Part shown: positions 22,698-32,000 of the stretch, piece by piece | Numbering within the stretch: position 1 is the stretch's first letter | Layout of the letters: every line of letters starts with the position of its first letter | Source: Escherichia coli | Lineage (GTDB): Bacteria > Pseudomonadota > Gammaproteobacteria > Enterobacterales > Enterobacteriaceae | DNA length: 32,000 bases | Reading direction: 5' to 3' (one strand) | Assembly (NCBI RefSeq): GCF_035666315.1 | Contig: NZ_CP142035.1 | The notes under the pieces: generated by a model | Told to the model about the DNA's origin: nothing | The model's database searches: none | What the model saw: the letters and a program-made list of their open reading frames with translations, nothing else | Made by a program: the position numbers and the translations under genes

Positions 22698-24032
22698 ATG
22701 AATAATGACAATACCGATTACGTGAGTAATGAATCAGGGACGCTTTCGCGATTATTTAAACTACCTCAGCATGGGACCACCGTCCGCACAGAATTGATTG
22801 CGGGGATGACCACTTTTTTAACCATGGTGTACATCGTTTTTGTGAACCCGCAAATCCTCGGCGCGGCACAAATGGACCCGAAAGTGGTGTTTGTTACCAC
22901 CTGTTTGATTGCCGGTATCGGCAGTATTGCGATGGGGATATTTGCTAACTTACCCGTGGCGCTGGCTCCGGCAATGGGGCTGAACGCCTTCTTTGCGTTC
23001 GTGGTCGTGGGGGCGATGGGCATCTCCTGGCAGACCGGGATGGGCGCGATATTCTGGGGCGCAGTTGGGCTATTTCTGCTCACGCTGTTTCGTATCCGGT
23101 ACTGGATGATCTCCAACATTCCATTAAGTTTACGTATTGGTATCACCAGCGGAATCGGATTATTTATCGCCTTAATGGGATTAAAAAATACTGGCGTTAT
23201 TGTCGCCAATAAAGACACCCTGGTGATGATTGGCGATTTAAGTTCTCACGGCGTGTTGTTAGGTATTTTAGGGTTTTTTATTATAACCGTGTTGTCATCA
23301 CGTCATTTTCATGCCGCGGTGCTTGTTTCTATTGTGGTGACGTCTTGCTGTGGATTATTTTTCGGTGATGTTCATTTTAGCGGCGTCTATTCCATTCCGC
23401 CTGATATTAGCGGCGTCATTGGTGAAGTAGATTTGAGCGGCGCGTTAACACTTGAACTCGCCGGTATCATTTTCTCCTTCATGCTGATCAACCTATTTGA
23501 TTCATCAGGAACATTAATTGGTGTAACTGATAAAGCTGGCTTAATAGATAGTAACGGTAAATTCCCCAATATGAATAAGGCGCTATATGTTGATAGCGTC
23601 AGTTCGGTGGCGGGCGCGTTTATCGGCACCTCGTCTGTTACCGCCTATATTGAAAGTACTTCTGGTGTGGCAGTCGGTGGTCGCACGGGGCTGACTGCGG
23701 TTGTGGTCGGCGTTATGTTCCTGTTGGTTATGTTCTTCTCACCGCTGGTGGCGATGGTTCCTCCTTACGCAACCGCCGGAGCGTTAATCTTTGTTGGCGT
23801 GCTGATGACTTCGAGCCTGGCGCGCGTTAACTGGGATGATTTTACCGAATCGGTGCCTGCGTTTATTACCACGGTGATGATGCCCTTTACTTTCTCGATC
23901 ACCGAAGGGATTGCACTCGGCTTTATGTCGTACTGCATCATGAAAGTATGCACCGGGCGCTGGCGCGATCTGAACCTGTGTGTGGTGGTGGTCGCAGCTC
24001 TGTTTGCACTGAAGATTATTCTGGTGGATTAG
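22698..24032 (+). CDS. adeQ: NCS2/AzgA-like adenine permease, 444 aa (track ORF starts at 22620)
   Basis: MNNDNTDYVSNESGTLSRLFKLPQHGTTVRTELIAGMTTFLTMVYIVFVNPQIL; LINLFDSSGTLIGVTDKAGL. Divergent from ade. Confidence 0.93.
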   Translation: MNNDNTDYVSNESGTLSRLFKLPQHGTTVRTELIAGMTTFLTMVYIVFVNPQILGAAQMDPKVVFVTTCLIAGIGSIAMGIFANLPVALAPAMGLNAFFAFVVVGAMGISWQTGMGAIFWGAVGLFLLTLFRIRYWMISNIPLSLRIGITSGIGLFIALMGLKNTGVIVANKDTLVMIGDLSSHGVLLGILGFFIITVLSSRHFHAAVLVSIVVTSCCGLFFGDVHFSGVYSIPPDISGVIGEVDLSGALTLELAGIIFSFMLINLFDSSGTLIGVTDKAGLIDSNGKFPNMNKALYVDSVSSVAGAFIGTSSVTAYIESTSGVAVGGRTGLTAVVVGVMFLLVMFFSPLVAMVPPYATAGALIFVGVLMTSSLARVNWDDFTESVPAFITTVMMPFTFSITEGIALGFMSYCIMKVCTGRWRDLNLCVVVVAALFALKIILVD

Positions 24033-24084
24033 TAACTGGTGAGGGTTTCCAGATATCATGAGTTCTGATTACGCAGGAGAACTC

Positions 24085-24537
24085 ATGATCTGGATAATGC
24101 TCGCCACGCTGGCGGTAGTGTTTGTGATTGGTTTTCGGGTGCTGACATCCGGGGCCAGAAAAGCGATTCGCCGTCTCAGCGATCGGCTGAATATCGATGT
24201 CGTACCCGTGGAGTCGATGGTCGATCAAATGGGAAAGTCAGCCGGTGACGAATTTTTACGTTATTTGCATCGCCCGGATGAGTCGCACCTGCAAAACGCC
24301 GCGCAGGTGTTGCTCATCTGGCAAATTGTCATTGTCGATGGTAGCGAACAGAACCTGCTGCAATGGCATCGGATTTTACAAAAAGCCCGTCTTGCCGCGC
24401 CGATTACCGATGCTCAGGTCAGGCTGGCGCTGGGTTTTCTGCGCGAAACCGAACCTGAAATGCAGGATATTAATGCTTTTCAGATGCGCTATAACGCGTT
24501 CTTTCAGCCTGCCGAAGGCGTTCACTGGCTGCATTAA
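24085..24537 (+). CDS. yicN: DUF1198-type conserved protein, about 150 aa (track ORF starts at 24058)
   Basis: MIWIMLATLAVVFVIGFRVLTSGARKAIRRLSDRLNIDVVPVESMVDQMGKSAG; positioned right after adeQ. Confidence 0.85.
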   Translation: MIWIMLATLAVVFVIGFRVLTSGARKAIRRLSDRLNIDVVPVESMVDQMGKSAGDEFLRYLHRPDESHLQNAAQVLLIWQIVIVDGSEQNLLQWHRILQKARLAAPITDAQVRLALGFLRETEPEMQDINAFQMRYNAFFQPAEGVHWLH

Positions 24538-24583
24538 AATCGTTTCGTCTTATCAGCCTACAGACCGCGCCTGACCTGTCGGG

Positions 24584-24613
24584 TGGATAAGGCGTTCATG
24601 CCGCATCCGGTAT
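24584..24613. repeat. REP-like palindrome downstream of yicN
   Basis: GGATAAGGCGTTCATGCCGCATCCGG matches REP/PU type sequence. Confidence 0.6.
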
Positions 24614-24652
24614 CGGAACTGACAGTAGGTGAACGCATTATCTACGTTCTAT

Positions 24653-24976
24653 TTACAGCAGCACCTCCAGCCCGTGTTTTTGCACAATGCTGAGCAGTTT
24701 TAATGAAATGCCATTGGGGCGTTTAGCGCCACTTTCCCATTTTTGTACAGTTGAAACGCTGGTATTGAGATAGTGAGCGAAGACGGGCTGACTCACTTTT
24801 AATTTTTCCCGCAGTGCTTTTATCTCAACAGGTTGTAAGTCTTGCACGCTGGTCAGGCAGGCTTTGTCAAAAGTACGCATTGTTTCGGCAGAAATAGCAT
24901 CGACGCTGGACAATCCAGCCGCTGCGCTGTGAATAGCCTCAAATGCAGGACTTTTAAATTTAGTTTTTGCAGTCAT
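24653..24976 (-). CDS. Xre-family HTH antitoxin (HigA-like), 107 aa
   Basis: C-terminal HTH: LREKLKVSQPVFAHYLNTSVSTVQKWESGAKRPNGISLKLLSIVQKHGL. Overlaps the upstream toxin gene by 17 nt. Confidence 0.85.
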   Translation of the reverse strand: MTAKTKFKSPAFEAIHSAAAGLSSVDAISAETMRTFDKACLTSVQDLQPVEIKALREKLKVSQPVFAHYLNTSVSTVQKWESGAKRPNGISLKLLSIVQKHGLEVLL

Positions 24977-25313
24977 AGCAGATCTCTGTCAGTTCTTTAG
25001 TGTTAATCATTGCTGTTAGTTGGGCTTTCGTCAGGAAGGCATAATGCTTTGCAAGTTCACGAAACCCAGCCAGTTCCTGACTATTGATGTTCGACATATC
25101 CTGTTTTGCATATAAAAACGTGTAAAACCAATTGCTTCCCCCTTTTGCCAGAATAATTGCACGCTCACGATTTTGGTGAAGGCGCTTTTTAAAAACGCCA
25201 CCACCAAGTACATCAGCTTTACCTTGTTCCGTTTCTAAAATGGCCCGGCACAACTCTTCATCTGTCATTGCATGAGACCTGGCTTCCCTTGCAAACCATT
25301 TGGTTTTAAACAC
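24960..25313 (-). CDS. RelE/HigB-superfamily (DUF1044-like) toxin, 117 aa
   Basis: MFKTKWFAREARSHAMTDEELCRAILETEQGKADVLGGGVFKKRLHQNRERAIILAKGGSNWFYTFLYAKQD..., typical of this small toxin group; toxin-first order with the Xre partner. Confidence 0.8.
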   Translation of the reverse strand: MFKTKWFAREARSHAMTDEELCRAILETEQGKADVLGGGVFKKRLHQNRERAIILAKGGSNWFYTFLYAKQDMSNINSQELAGFRELAKHYAFLTKAQLTAMINTKELTEICYDCKN

Positions 25314-25540
25314 GCGTATATCGTTGAGATCCTGTTATTAAAGTATATCACCAAGTGCAATACTTTATCCCTTGTTCCCAACACAATCGCGAAAATACAT
25401 ATCACCTTGCCCTATGATTTTTATTTCTTCGAGCAGCCTCGAACTTTTCCCACAACACCGTAAAAGTTGCAAAAACGTTAAATGCGTCACACATTTCAAT
25501 GTTAAAGTGGTCGGCTTTTCCCCTGAAACATGCCACGGGT

Positions 25541-26731
25541 AACACCATGAGTGAATTTATTGCCGAAAACCGCGGCGCGGATGTCATCACCCGACCGAAC
25601 TGGTCAGCCGTATTCTCGGTGGCGTTTTGCGTCGCCTGTCTGATTATCGTTGAGTTTTTGCCCGTCAGTTTGTTGACGCCAATGGCCCAGGATTTAGGCA
25701 TTTCGGAAGGGGTTGCCGGGCAATCGGTGACCGTGACCGCCTTTGTGGCAATGTTTGCCAGTTTGTTTATTACCCAGACCATTCAGGCCACTGACCGCCG
25801 CTATGTTGTTATTTTGTTTGCCGTTTTGCTGACGCTCTCCTGCTTGCTGGTTTCCTTTGCTAACTCATTCAGTTTGCTTTTAATCGGTCGTGCCTGTCTG
25901 GGGCTGGCGCTGGGTGGGTTCTGGGCGATGTCGGCGTCGCTGACCATGCGTCTGGTACCGCCGCGTACGGTGCCGAAGGCGCTGTCGGTGATCTTCGGCG
26001 CGGTTTCTATTGCGCTGGTGATTGCCGCACCGTTGGGCAGTTTTTTAGGCGAGCTTATCGGTTGGCGCAATGTCTTTAATGCGGCGGCGGTGATGGGCGT
26101 GCTGTGTATTTTCTGGATTATCAAATCATTGCCTTCGCTGCCAGGCGAACCCTCGCATCAGAAACAAAATACTTTCCGCTTATTACAACGTCCGGGTGTG
26201 ATGGCAGGGATGATCGCCATATTCATGTCTTTCGCCGGGCAGTTTGCTTTCTTCACGTATATTCGCCCGGTGTATATGAACCTGGCGGGATTCGGCGTGG
26301 ATGGCTTAACGCTGGTGCTGTTGAGTTTTGGTATCGCCAGCTTTATTGGTACGTCGCTTTCGTCGTTCATTCTTAAACGTTCGGTAAAACTGGCCTTAGC
26401 AGGCGCGCCGTTAATACTGGCTGTGAGTGCGTTGGTGCTGACGTTGTGGGGAAGCGATAAAATCGTTGCTACCGGCGTGGCGATTATCTGGGGGCTAACT
26501 TTTGCATTGGTTCCTGTCGGCTGGTCAACGTGGATCACCCGCTCACTGGCCGATCAGGCAGAAAAAGCCGGGTCTATTCAGGTGGCGGTTATTCAGCTTG
26601 CTAATACCTGTGGCGCGGCAATCGGCGGTTATGCGCTGGATAATATTGGTCTGACTTCGCCGTTGATGTTGTCCGGCACATTGATGTTGCTGACGGCGTT
26701 ATTGGTCACCGCAAAGGTGAAAATGAAGTAA
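25541..26731 (+). CDS. nepI: MFS purine ribonucleoside exporter, about 396 aa (track ORF starts at 25499)
   Basis: [59 protein letters not shown]. Confidence 0.93.
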   Translation, partial: NTMSEFIAENRGADVITRPNWSAVFSVAFCVACLIIVEFLPVSLLTPMAQDLGISEGVAGQSVTVTAFVAMFASLFITQTIQATDRRYVVILFAVLLTLSCLLVSFANSFSLLLIGRACLGLALGGFWAMSASLTMRLVPPRTVPKALSVIFGAVSIALVIAAPLGSFLGELIGWRNVFNAAAVMGVLCIFWIIKSLPSLPGEPSHQKQNTFRLLQRPGVMAGMIAIFMSFAGQFAFFTYIRPVYMNLAGFGVDGLTLVLLSFGIASFIGTSLSSFILKRSVKLALAGAPLILAVSALVLTLWGSDKIVATGVAIIWGLTFALVPVGWSTWITRSLADQAEKAGSIQVAVIQLANTCGAAIGGYALDNIGLTSPLMLSGTLMLLTALLVTAKVKMK

Positions 26732-26933
26732 CGTATTTACAGGAGGGGTTACTGCTCTGGCGGGAAAGCTCTCCTGTTCTTCCCCCTGATAACCCTTGAT
26801 CAGGTATTGTTCTTATCTTGTTGTTATTTCCATTATTCCGCCTGTATTCATCATTTGCTAATCATGAATCATCATTTTCCCTCATGTTAAAGAAAGGTCA
26901 TTTAATCTGAACGCATAGCGACAGGGATGACAA

Positions 26934-29900
26934 ATGGCAGGGAAAGCGCATGGGAATGGCGATCGTCGGGGCGATAACACCATATGTGGATTGGGGGATC
27001 GTTTACGTCGTCTGACCGCCGGTATTTGCCTGATAACACAAACTATTTTCCCTGTTATGGCTGCTGCCCCTACGCATATTAATTCTGCGCACTCGGATAC
27101 TGCCGCGTCACTGATCCTGCCGAACGTTAAAACTATTCCATATACCCTGGGTGCGTTGGAATCGCCACCAACGGTCGCGGCACGCTTTGGTATCACCGTT
27201 GATGAATTACGTCGCCTGAATCAGTTCCGTACCTTTGCGCGGGGCTTTGACAATGTGCGTCAGGGCGATGAAATAGATGTGCCCCTCATTAACAGTAATA
27301 GCCCTGAAGCGCGCAACCTGAAAGCAATGCAGATGGAGCGCGACGGCAAAGATCCGCAAATGCAGGTCGCGGAAATGGCGCAGCAAAGCGGAACACTTTT
27401 AGCACGCGATATGGACAGTGAACAGGCGGCGAGTATGGCGCGTGGCTGGGTGGCTTCTTCTGCCTCTGCGCAGGCAACGGACTGGCTCAGTCGTTGGGGA
27501 ACTGCCCGGGTATCTCTTGGTGTGGATGAAGATTTCAGCCTTAAAAGCTCGTCATTTGAATTTCTCCATCCCTGGTACGAAACGCCGGATAACCTGGTCT
27601 TCAGCCAGCACACACTTCACCGTACGGATGATCGCACTCAAACCAACCACGGTATCGGCTGGCGTTATTTCACATCGAGCTGGATGTCTGGCGTCAATAT
27701 GTTTATCGATCATGACCTGACCCGCTATCACACCCGAACCGGGATGGGCGTTGAATACTGGCGCGATTACCTGAAACTGAGCGGCAACGGTTATCTGCGC
27801 CTCAGTAACTGGCGTAGTGCACCGGAACTCGACAATGACTATGAAGCACGTCCGGCGAACGGGTGGGATCTTCGCGCCGAAGGCTGGTTACCGGCCTGGC
27901 CGCAGCTGGGCGGCAAGCTGGTCTATGAACAATATTATGGCGATGAAGTGGCGCTGTTTGGTAAAGACGAGCGACAAAATGATCCTCACGCGATTACCGC
28001 AGGTTTGAGTTACACCCCCGTTCCCCTGATCTCCTTTAGTGCCGAGCAACGGCAGGGCAAACAGGGAGAAAACGACACCCGAATTGGTATGGAGTTGACG
28101 TTGCAACCCGGCCATTCACTGCAAAAACAGCTCGATCCGGCTGAAGTTGCAGCACGACGCAGCCTTGTGGGCAGTCGCTATGACCTGGTCGATCGTAATA
28201 ACAATATTGTCCTCGAATATCGCAAGAAAGAGCTGGTGCGGCTGACGCTGACCGATCCGTTGAAAGGCAAGCCGGGTGAGGTTAAATCGCTGGTTTCTTC
28301 CTTGCAAACCAAATATGCGCTGAAAGGTTATGACATTGAAGCCGCCTCCCTGCAATCAGCGGGCGGAAAAGTAGCTGTTTCCGGCAAGGATATTCAGGTC
28401 ACTATTCCTCCCTACCGATTCACGGCAATGCCTGAAACCGACAACACTTACCCGATAGCGGTTACAGCGGAAGATTCGAAAGGAAATTTCTCCCGGCGTG
28501 AAGAAAGTATGGTGGTCGTGGAAAAACCCACACTAAGCCTCACCGATTCAACGCTTTCTGTCGATCAGCAAATCCTGCTTGCTGATGGAAAATCAACCTC
28601 AACGCTGACCTATACCGCGCGAGATTCCAGCGGCAAGCCAATCCCAGGTATGACGTTAAAAACACAGGTGAAAGGTTTGCAGGATTTCGCCTTAAGCGAA
28701 TGGAAAGACAACGGTAACGGAACCTATACCCAAATAGTTACCGCCGGGAAGACGTCTGGCGCGTTATCGCTGATGCCGCAATTTAACGGCGACGATATCG
28801 CTAAGACGCCAGCGCTGATTGCTATCGTGGCGAATACGGCATCCCGCGCTGACTCCACGATTGAGACAGACCAGGATAATTACGTCGCGGGTAAGCCGAT
28901 AGTCGTTAAAGTGACCCTGAGAGATGATAACGGCAACGGGGTTACCGGACGAAAAGAACTTCTCAAACAAACCGTTAAAGTTGACAACACGAAGGCTGAT
29001 GACGTTAGTGCCTGGACGGAAGAAAGTGAGGGAATTTACAAAGCAAGCTATACGGCCCATCTCATTGGCGACAAATTAACGGCCCAGCTGACGATGCCCG
29101 GCTGGCAAACCAAACATTCGGATGCGTTCAGTATTGCGGGTGATAAAGATACCGCCAAAATCGCTGCGATGCAGATCACCGCGAATAACGCAGTTGCCAG
29201 ACGCGATCACAATACCGTCGCTGTGACGGTCAGGGATGTGCATCAAAATTTACTGCAGGGACAAAATGTTACCTTCACGGTCGTGAATGGTGCGGCGGTT
29301 TTTGCCGATCCAAATGGCGGTATTGTGACGACAGATAAAGACGGGATTGCCAGCGTTAACCTTGCCAGTGACCAGGCGGTAAACAGTCTTATCAAGGCCG
29401 AGATCAATGGCAGTAGTCAGTCTGTGGAAGTGAGCTTTATCACTGGCGATATCTCGCAGCTGACCTCCACCATCAAGACGGACGATGTGTCATACACCGC
29501 GGGTGGCAAGATAAAAGTGTCAGTTACCCTTATGGATGAGCAGAAAAACCTGGTGAAAGGGATGGCTTCGCTGCTGGCGGGTAGCAGTGTGGTCGAGGTG
29601 AGCGGTACAGATAAAAATGAAACGGGTAACTGGAGCGAAGAGTCTGATGGCGTTTACACCACCACCCGAACCGCGAAGATTGCTGGCGATCGCCATTACG
29701 CCACGCTGAAACTATCGACATGGAGTAGCGCGCAGCAATCCGATGCGTATGCCATCCGCGAAAGCGGAGCTGTGTTGGCTTATTCCTCCATCGTTACCGA
29801 CAAAACGGCCTACACCGCGGGCGGCGCGATAAAAGTTACGGTAACACTCAAGGATAGCTATGAAAACCTGGTCGGGGGGCAACGAGACGCTATCAACCTG

Positions 29901-32000
29901 GCTATCCAGCTGCCAAATACAAAAGCGGAAAGCATTGCCTGGAATGAAGATCAAAAAGGAATTTATACCGCAACGTATACCGCCTTACTCCCTGGCACCG
30001 GTTTAAAAGCACAGCTACAGATGTCCGGCTGGGCGAACGCTCTGACTTCAAATGATTACAGTATTAGTGGCGATGCCGCCAGCGCACAAATTGTTGCGAT
30101 GCAAGTGACAACGGGTAACCCGGATGTGCTGGCGAATGGCAGCGATCGACATACGGTGAATGTCCGGGTGGAAGATCAGTTTGGCAATGTGCTGTCGGAG
30201 CAGACCGTCACCTTTACGGTGACGAAGGGGGCGGCTGTATTTGCCAATGCAGGGCAGAGCGCAGATATCAGGACGGATGCGCATGGCATGGCAGAGGTTG
30301 ATCTGAGCAGTACCGTAGCGGATGCCAGCACTGTTGAGGCTAAGATCAATCAAAGCAGCGATAGTAAAACGGTGAACTTTGTTGCTGATGTTAGCACGGC
30401 GCAAGTAGCGGAGCTGGTGGTGACGCAGGACGGCTCAGTGGCTGATGGTTCGACGGCGAACACGCTGCGGGCGAGGGTCACCGATGTGTTCGGGAATGCA
30501 CTTGCCGGGCAGACGGTTAGCGTGTTGGCAGGCAACGGCGCAACGACTGCTCCGACGGTCACCACGCAGCCGGATGGCACGGTGGAGATCAGTGTCACCA
30601 GCCAGACCGCCGGAACCAGTGTGATCACCGCCAGCGTCAACAACAGCAGCCAGAGCCGGGATGTGACGTTTATCGCCGATGTCAGGACGGCGCAGATCGC
30701 TGATCTGGTGGTCATTAAGGACGGTTCAGAGGCAGACGGTGCGACGGCGAACACGCTGCGGGCGAGGGTAACCGATGCATTCGGTAATGCGCTTGCCGGG
30801 CAGACGGTCAGCGTGTTGGCGGACAACGGCGCAACGGTCGCTCCGGTGGTCACCACGCAGCCGGACGGCACGGTGGAAATCAGTGTCACCAGCCAGACGG
30901 CGGGCAGCAGTGCGGTCACCGTCAGTATCAACAGCAGCAGTCAGAGCCGGGACGTGACATTTATCGCGGATGTCAGAACGGCGCAGATCGCGGACCTGGT
31001 GGTCATTAAGGACGACTCAGTGGCAGACGGTGCAATGGCGAATATGCTGCGGGCGAGGGTCTCCGATGTGTTCGGTAATGCGCTTGCCGGGCAGACGGTC
31101 AGCGTGATGGCGGACAACGGTGCAGCGGTCGCTTCGACGATGACCACAAAGCCGGACGGCACGGTGGAGATCAGTGTCACCAGCCAGACGGCAGGAATCA
31201 GTGTGGTCACCGCCAGCATCAACAACAGCAGCCAGAGTCAGAACGTGACGTTTGTCGCGGATGTCAGGACGGCGAAGATAGCGGATCTGGTCGTTAGCCA
31301 GGATAACGCGGTGGCAGACGGTTCGACGGCGAACACGCTGCGGGCGAGGGTGACCGATGCGTTCGGTAATACGCTTGCCGGGCAGACGGTCAGCGTGATG
31401 GCAGGCAACGGCGCAACGGTTGCCCCAACGGTGATTACAGAGCCGGACGGCACGGCGGAGATCAGTGTCACCAGCCAGACGGCGGGAGTCAGTGCAGTCA
31501 CCGCCAGCATCAACAACAGCAGCCAGAGCCGGGATGTGACGTTTATCGCCGATATCAGGACGGCGCAGATCGCGAGTCTGGAGGTGACGCAGGATAACGC
31601 CGTGGCTGACGGCGCAATGGCGAATACGCTGCAGGTGAGGGTCACCGATGCTAACGGTAATACGCTTGCCGGGCAGGCGGTCAGCGTGATGGCAGGTAAC
31701 GGCGCAACGGTCGCTCCGGCGGTCACCACTCAGCCGGATGGCACGGTGGAGATCCCTGTCACCAGTCAGACGGCGGGAGCCAGTGCGGTCACCGCCAGTA
31801 TCAACAACAGCAGCCTGAGCCGGGATGTGACGTTTATTGCGGATGTCAGGACGGCGCAGATCGCGGAGCTGGTGGTCATTAAGGACGGCTCAGCGGCAGA
31901 CGGTGCGACGGCGAATACGCTGCAGGCGAGGGTCACCGACGCGTTCGGGAATGCGCTTGCCGGACAGACGGTCAGCGTGTTGGCAGACAACAGCGCAACG
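26934..32000 (+). CDS. Giant inverse autotransporter adhesin, intimin/invasin family, with LysM-like domain, beta-barrel and many Ig-like (Big-1) modules; 3'-truncated by window end (at least 1689 codons)
   Basis: Translated by hand from ATG 26934 (MAGKAHGNGDRRGDN...): no stop codon through to 32000; missing from the ORF track probably because it runs off the window. Contains a LysM-like region (PYTLGALESPPTVAARFGITVDELRRLNQF), invasin beta-domain (ARGWVASSASAQATDWLSRWGTARVSLGVDEDFSLKSSSFEFLHPWYET...FSQHTLHRTDDRTQTNHGIGWRYF) and Big-1-like repeats. Confidence 0.93.
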   Translation, partial: MAGKAHGNGDRRGDNTICGLGDRLRRLTAGICLITQTIFPVMAAAPTHINSAHSDTAASLILPNVKTIPYTLGALESPPTVAARFGITVDELRRLNQFRTFARGFDNVRQGDEIDVPLINSNSPEARNLKAMQMERDGKDPQMQVAEMAQQSGTLLARDMDSEQAASMARGWVASSASAQATDWLSRWGTARVSLGVDEDFSLKSSSFEFLHPWYETPDNLVFSQHTLHRTDDRTQTNHGIGWRYFTSSWMSGVNMFIDHDLTRYHTRTGMGVEYWRDYLKLSGNGYLRLSNWRSAPELDNDYEARPANGWDLRAEGWLPAWPQLGGKLVYEQYYGDEVALFGKDERQNDPHAITAGLSYTPVPLISFSAEQRQGKQGENDTRIGMELTLQPGHSLQKQLDPAEVAARRSLVGSRYDLVDRNNNIVLEYRKKELVRLTLTDPLKGKPGEVKSLVSSLQTKYALKGYDIEAASLQSAGGKVAVSGKDIQVTIPPYRFTAMPETDNTYPIAVTAEDSKGNFSRREESMVVVEKPTLSLTDSTLSVDQQILLADGKSTSTLTYTARDSSGKPIPGMTLKTQVKGLQDFALSEWKDNGNGTYTQIVTAGKTSGALSLMPQFNGDDIAKTPALIAIVANTASRADSTIETDQDNYVAGKPIVVKVTLRDDNGNGVTGRKELLKQTVKVDNTKADDVSAWTEESEGIYKASYTAHLIGDKLTAQLTMPGWQTKHSDAFSIAGDKDTAKIAAMQITANNAVARRDHNTVAVTVRDVHQNLLQGQNVTFTVVNGAAVFADPNGGIVTTDKDGIASVNLASDQAVNSLIKAEINGSSQSVEVSFITGDISQLTSTIKTDDVSYTAGGKIKVSVTLMDEQKNLVKGMASLLAGSSVVEVSGTDKNETGNWSEESDGVYTTTRTAKIAGDRHYATLKLSTWSSAQQSDAYAIRESGAVLAYSSIVTDKTAYTAGGAIKVTVTLKDSYENLVGGQRDAINLAIQLPNTKAESIAWNEDQKGIYTATYTALLPGTGLKAQLQMSGWANALTSNDYSISGDAASAQIVAMQVTTGNPDVLANGSDRHTVNVRVEDQFGNVLSEQTVTFTVTKGAAVFANAGQSADIRTDAHGMAEVDLSSTVADASTVEAKINQSSDSKTVNFVADVSTAQVAELVVTQDGSVADGSTANTLRARVTDVFGNALAGQTVSVLAGNGATTAPTVTTQPDGTVEISVTSQTAGTSVITASVNNSSQSRDVTFIADVRTAQIADLVVIKDGSEADGATANTLRARVTDAFGNALAGQTVSVLADNGATVAPVVTTQPDGTVEISVTSQTAGSSAVTVSINSSSQSRDVTFIADVRTAQIADLVVIKDDSVADGAMANMLRARVSDVFGNALAGQTVSVMADNGAAVASTMTTKPDGTVEISVTSQTAGISVVTASINNSSQSQNVTFVADVRTAKIADLVVSQDNAVADGSTANTLRARVTDAFGNTLAGQTVSVMAGNGATVAPTVITEPDGTAEISVTSQTAGVSAVTASINNSSQSRDVTFIADIRTAQIASLEVTQDNAVADGAMANTLQVRVTDANGNTLAGQAVSVMAGNGATVAPAVTTQPDGTVEIPVTSQTAGASAVTASINNSSLSRDVTFIADVRTAQIAELVVIKDGSAADGATANTLQARVTDAFGNALAGQTVSVLADNSAT
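28869..30074 (+). repeat. Diverged protein-level repeat family of three modules starting with TD-x-x-x-Y-x-A-G-x-x-I-x-V-x-V-T-L-x-D
   Basis: TDQDNYVAGKPIVVKVTLRDD (from 28866), TDDVSYTAGGKIKVSVTLMDE (from 29478), TDKTAYTAGGAIKVTVTLKDS (from 29796). Each continues to W-[TSN]-E...G[IV]Y[KT].[ST][YR]TA. Confidence 0.75.
30387..32000 (+). repeat. Tandem array of Big-1-like modules, exact 291-bp (97-aa) period, 5 full units plus a partial unit at the window edge
   Basis: The D-V-x-T-A-x-[IV]-A codon block recurs at 30387, 30678, 30969, 31260, 31551 and 31842, each 291 nt apart. Core: ATANTLRARVTDAFGNALAGQTVSVLADNGATVAPTVTTQPDGTVEISVTSQTAG. Confidence 0.95.

Noticed and set aside
24197-24574. 125-aa plus-strand ORF overlapping yicN
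   Set aside because: Shadow frame of yicN, which matches a known conserved protein in the other frame.
26882-28355. Minus-strand ORFs 26882-27196, 27260-27613, 27888-28115, 28116-28355 and plus-strand out-of-frame ORFs 27418-27720, 27817-28008
   Set aside because: All lie within the stop-free adhesin frame starting at 26934, and their translations are low-complexity shadow sequences.
30048-31990. Series of minus-strand ORFs (30048-30404, 30350-30931, 30941-31225, 31238-31729, 31766-31990) with repeated VLTSAINVTSRL / PAVWLVTLIS motifs
   Set aside because: They are the antisense reading of the 291-bp repeats; their similarity to each other follows from the periodic plus-strand coding sequence, and they lack start and SD support.
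30387-32000. Periodic repeats as a CRISPR array
   Set aside because: The period is 291 nt, the repeats are long, continuous and coding in one frame, with no short unique spacers and no cas genes.

Overview
This 32 kb window is an Escherichia coli/Shigella-type chromosomal segment. It has a conserved backbone with at least three accessory insertions. Backbone, left to right: 3' part of an alpha-glucoside PTS IICB gene (glvC-like), intact glvG, yidL(-), yidK, yidJ, yidH, yidG, yidF, emrD(-), the tisB(-)/istR SOS toxin-antitoxin locus, ivbL-ilvB-ilvN, uhpA-uhpB-uhpC-uhpT, ade(-), adeQ, yicN and nepI. Accessory parts: (1) two tandem, diverged paralogous, AT-rich genes of unknown function between ilvN and uhpA (12585-13880 and 14159-15598), with short direct repeats at equivalent positions around each copy; (2) a RelE-like toxin/Xre antitoxin pair (25313-24653, minus strand) between yicN and nepI; (3) a very large inverse-autotransporter (intimin/invasin family) gene starting at 26934 and open at the window end, whose 3' part is an exact 291-bp-period tandem array of Big-1-like modules. 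The ilvN-uhpA paralog pair is the best candidate for something poorly described. No tRNA, rRNA, CRISPR array, prophage, transposase or integrase is visible. All family calls come from reading the translations; no database search was run.
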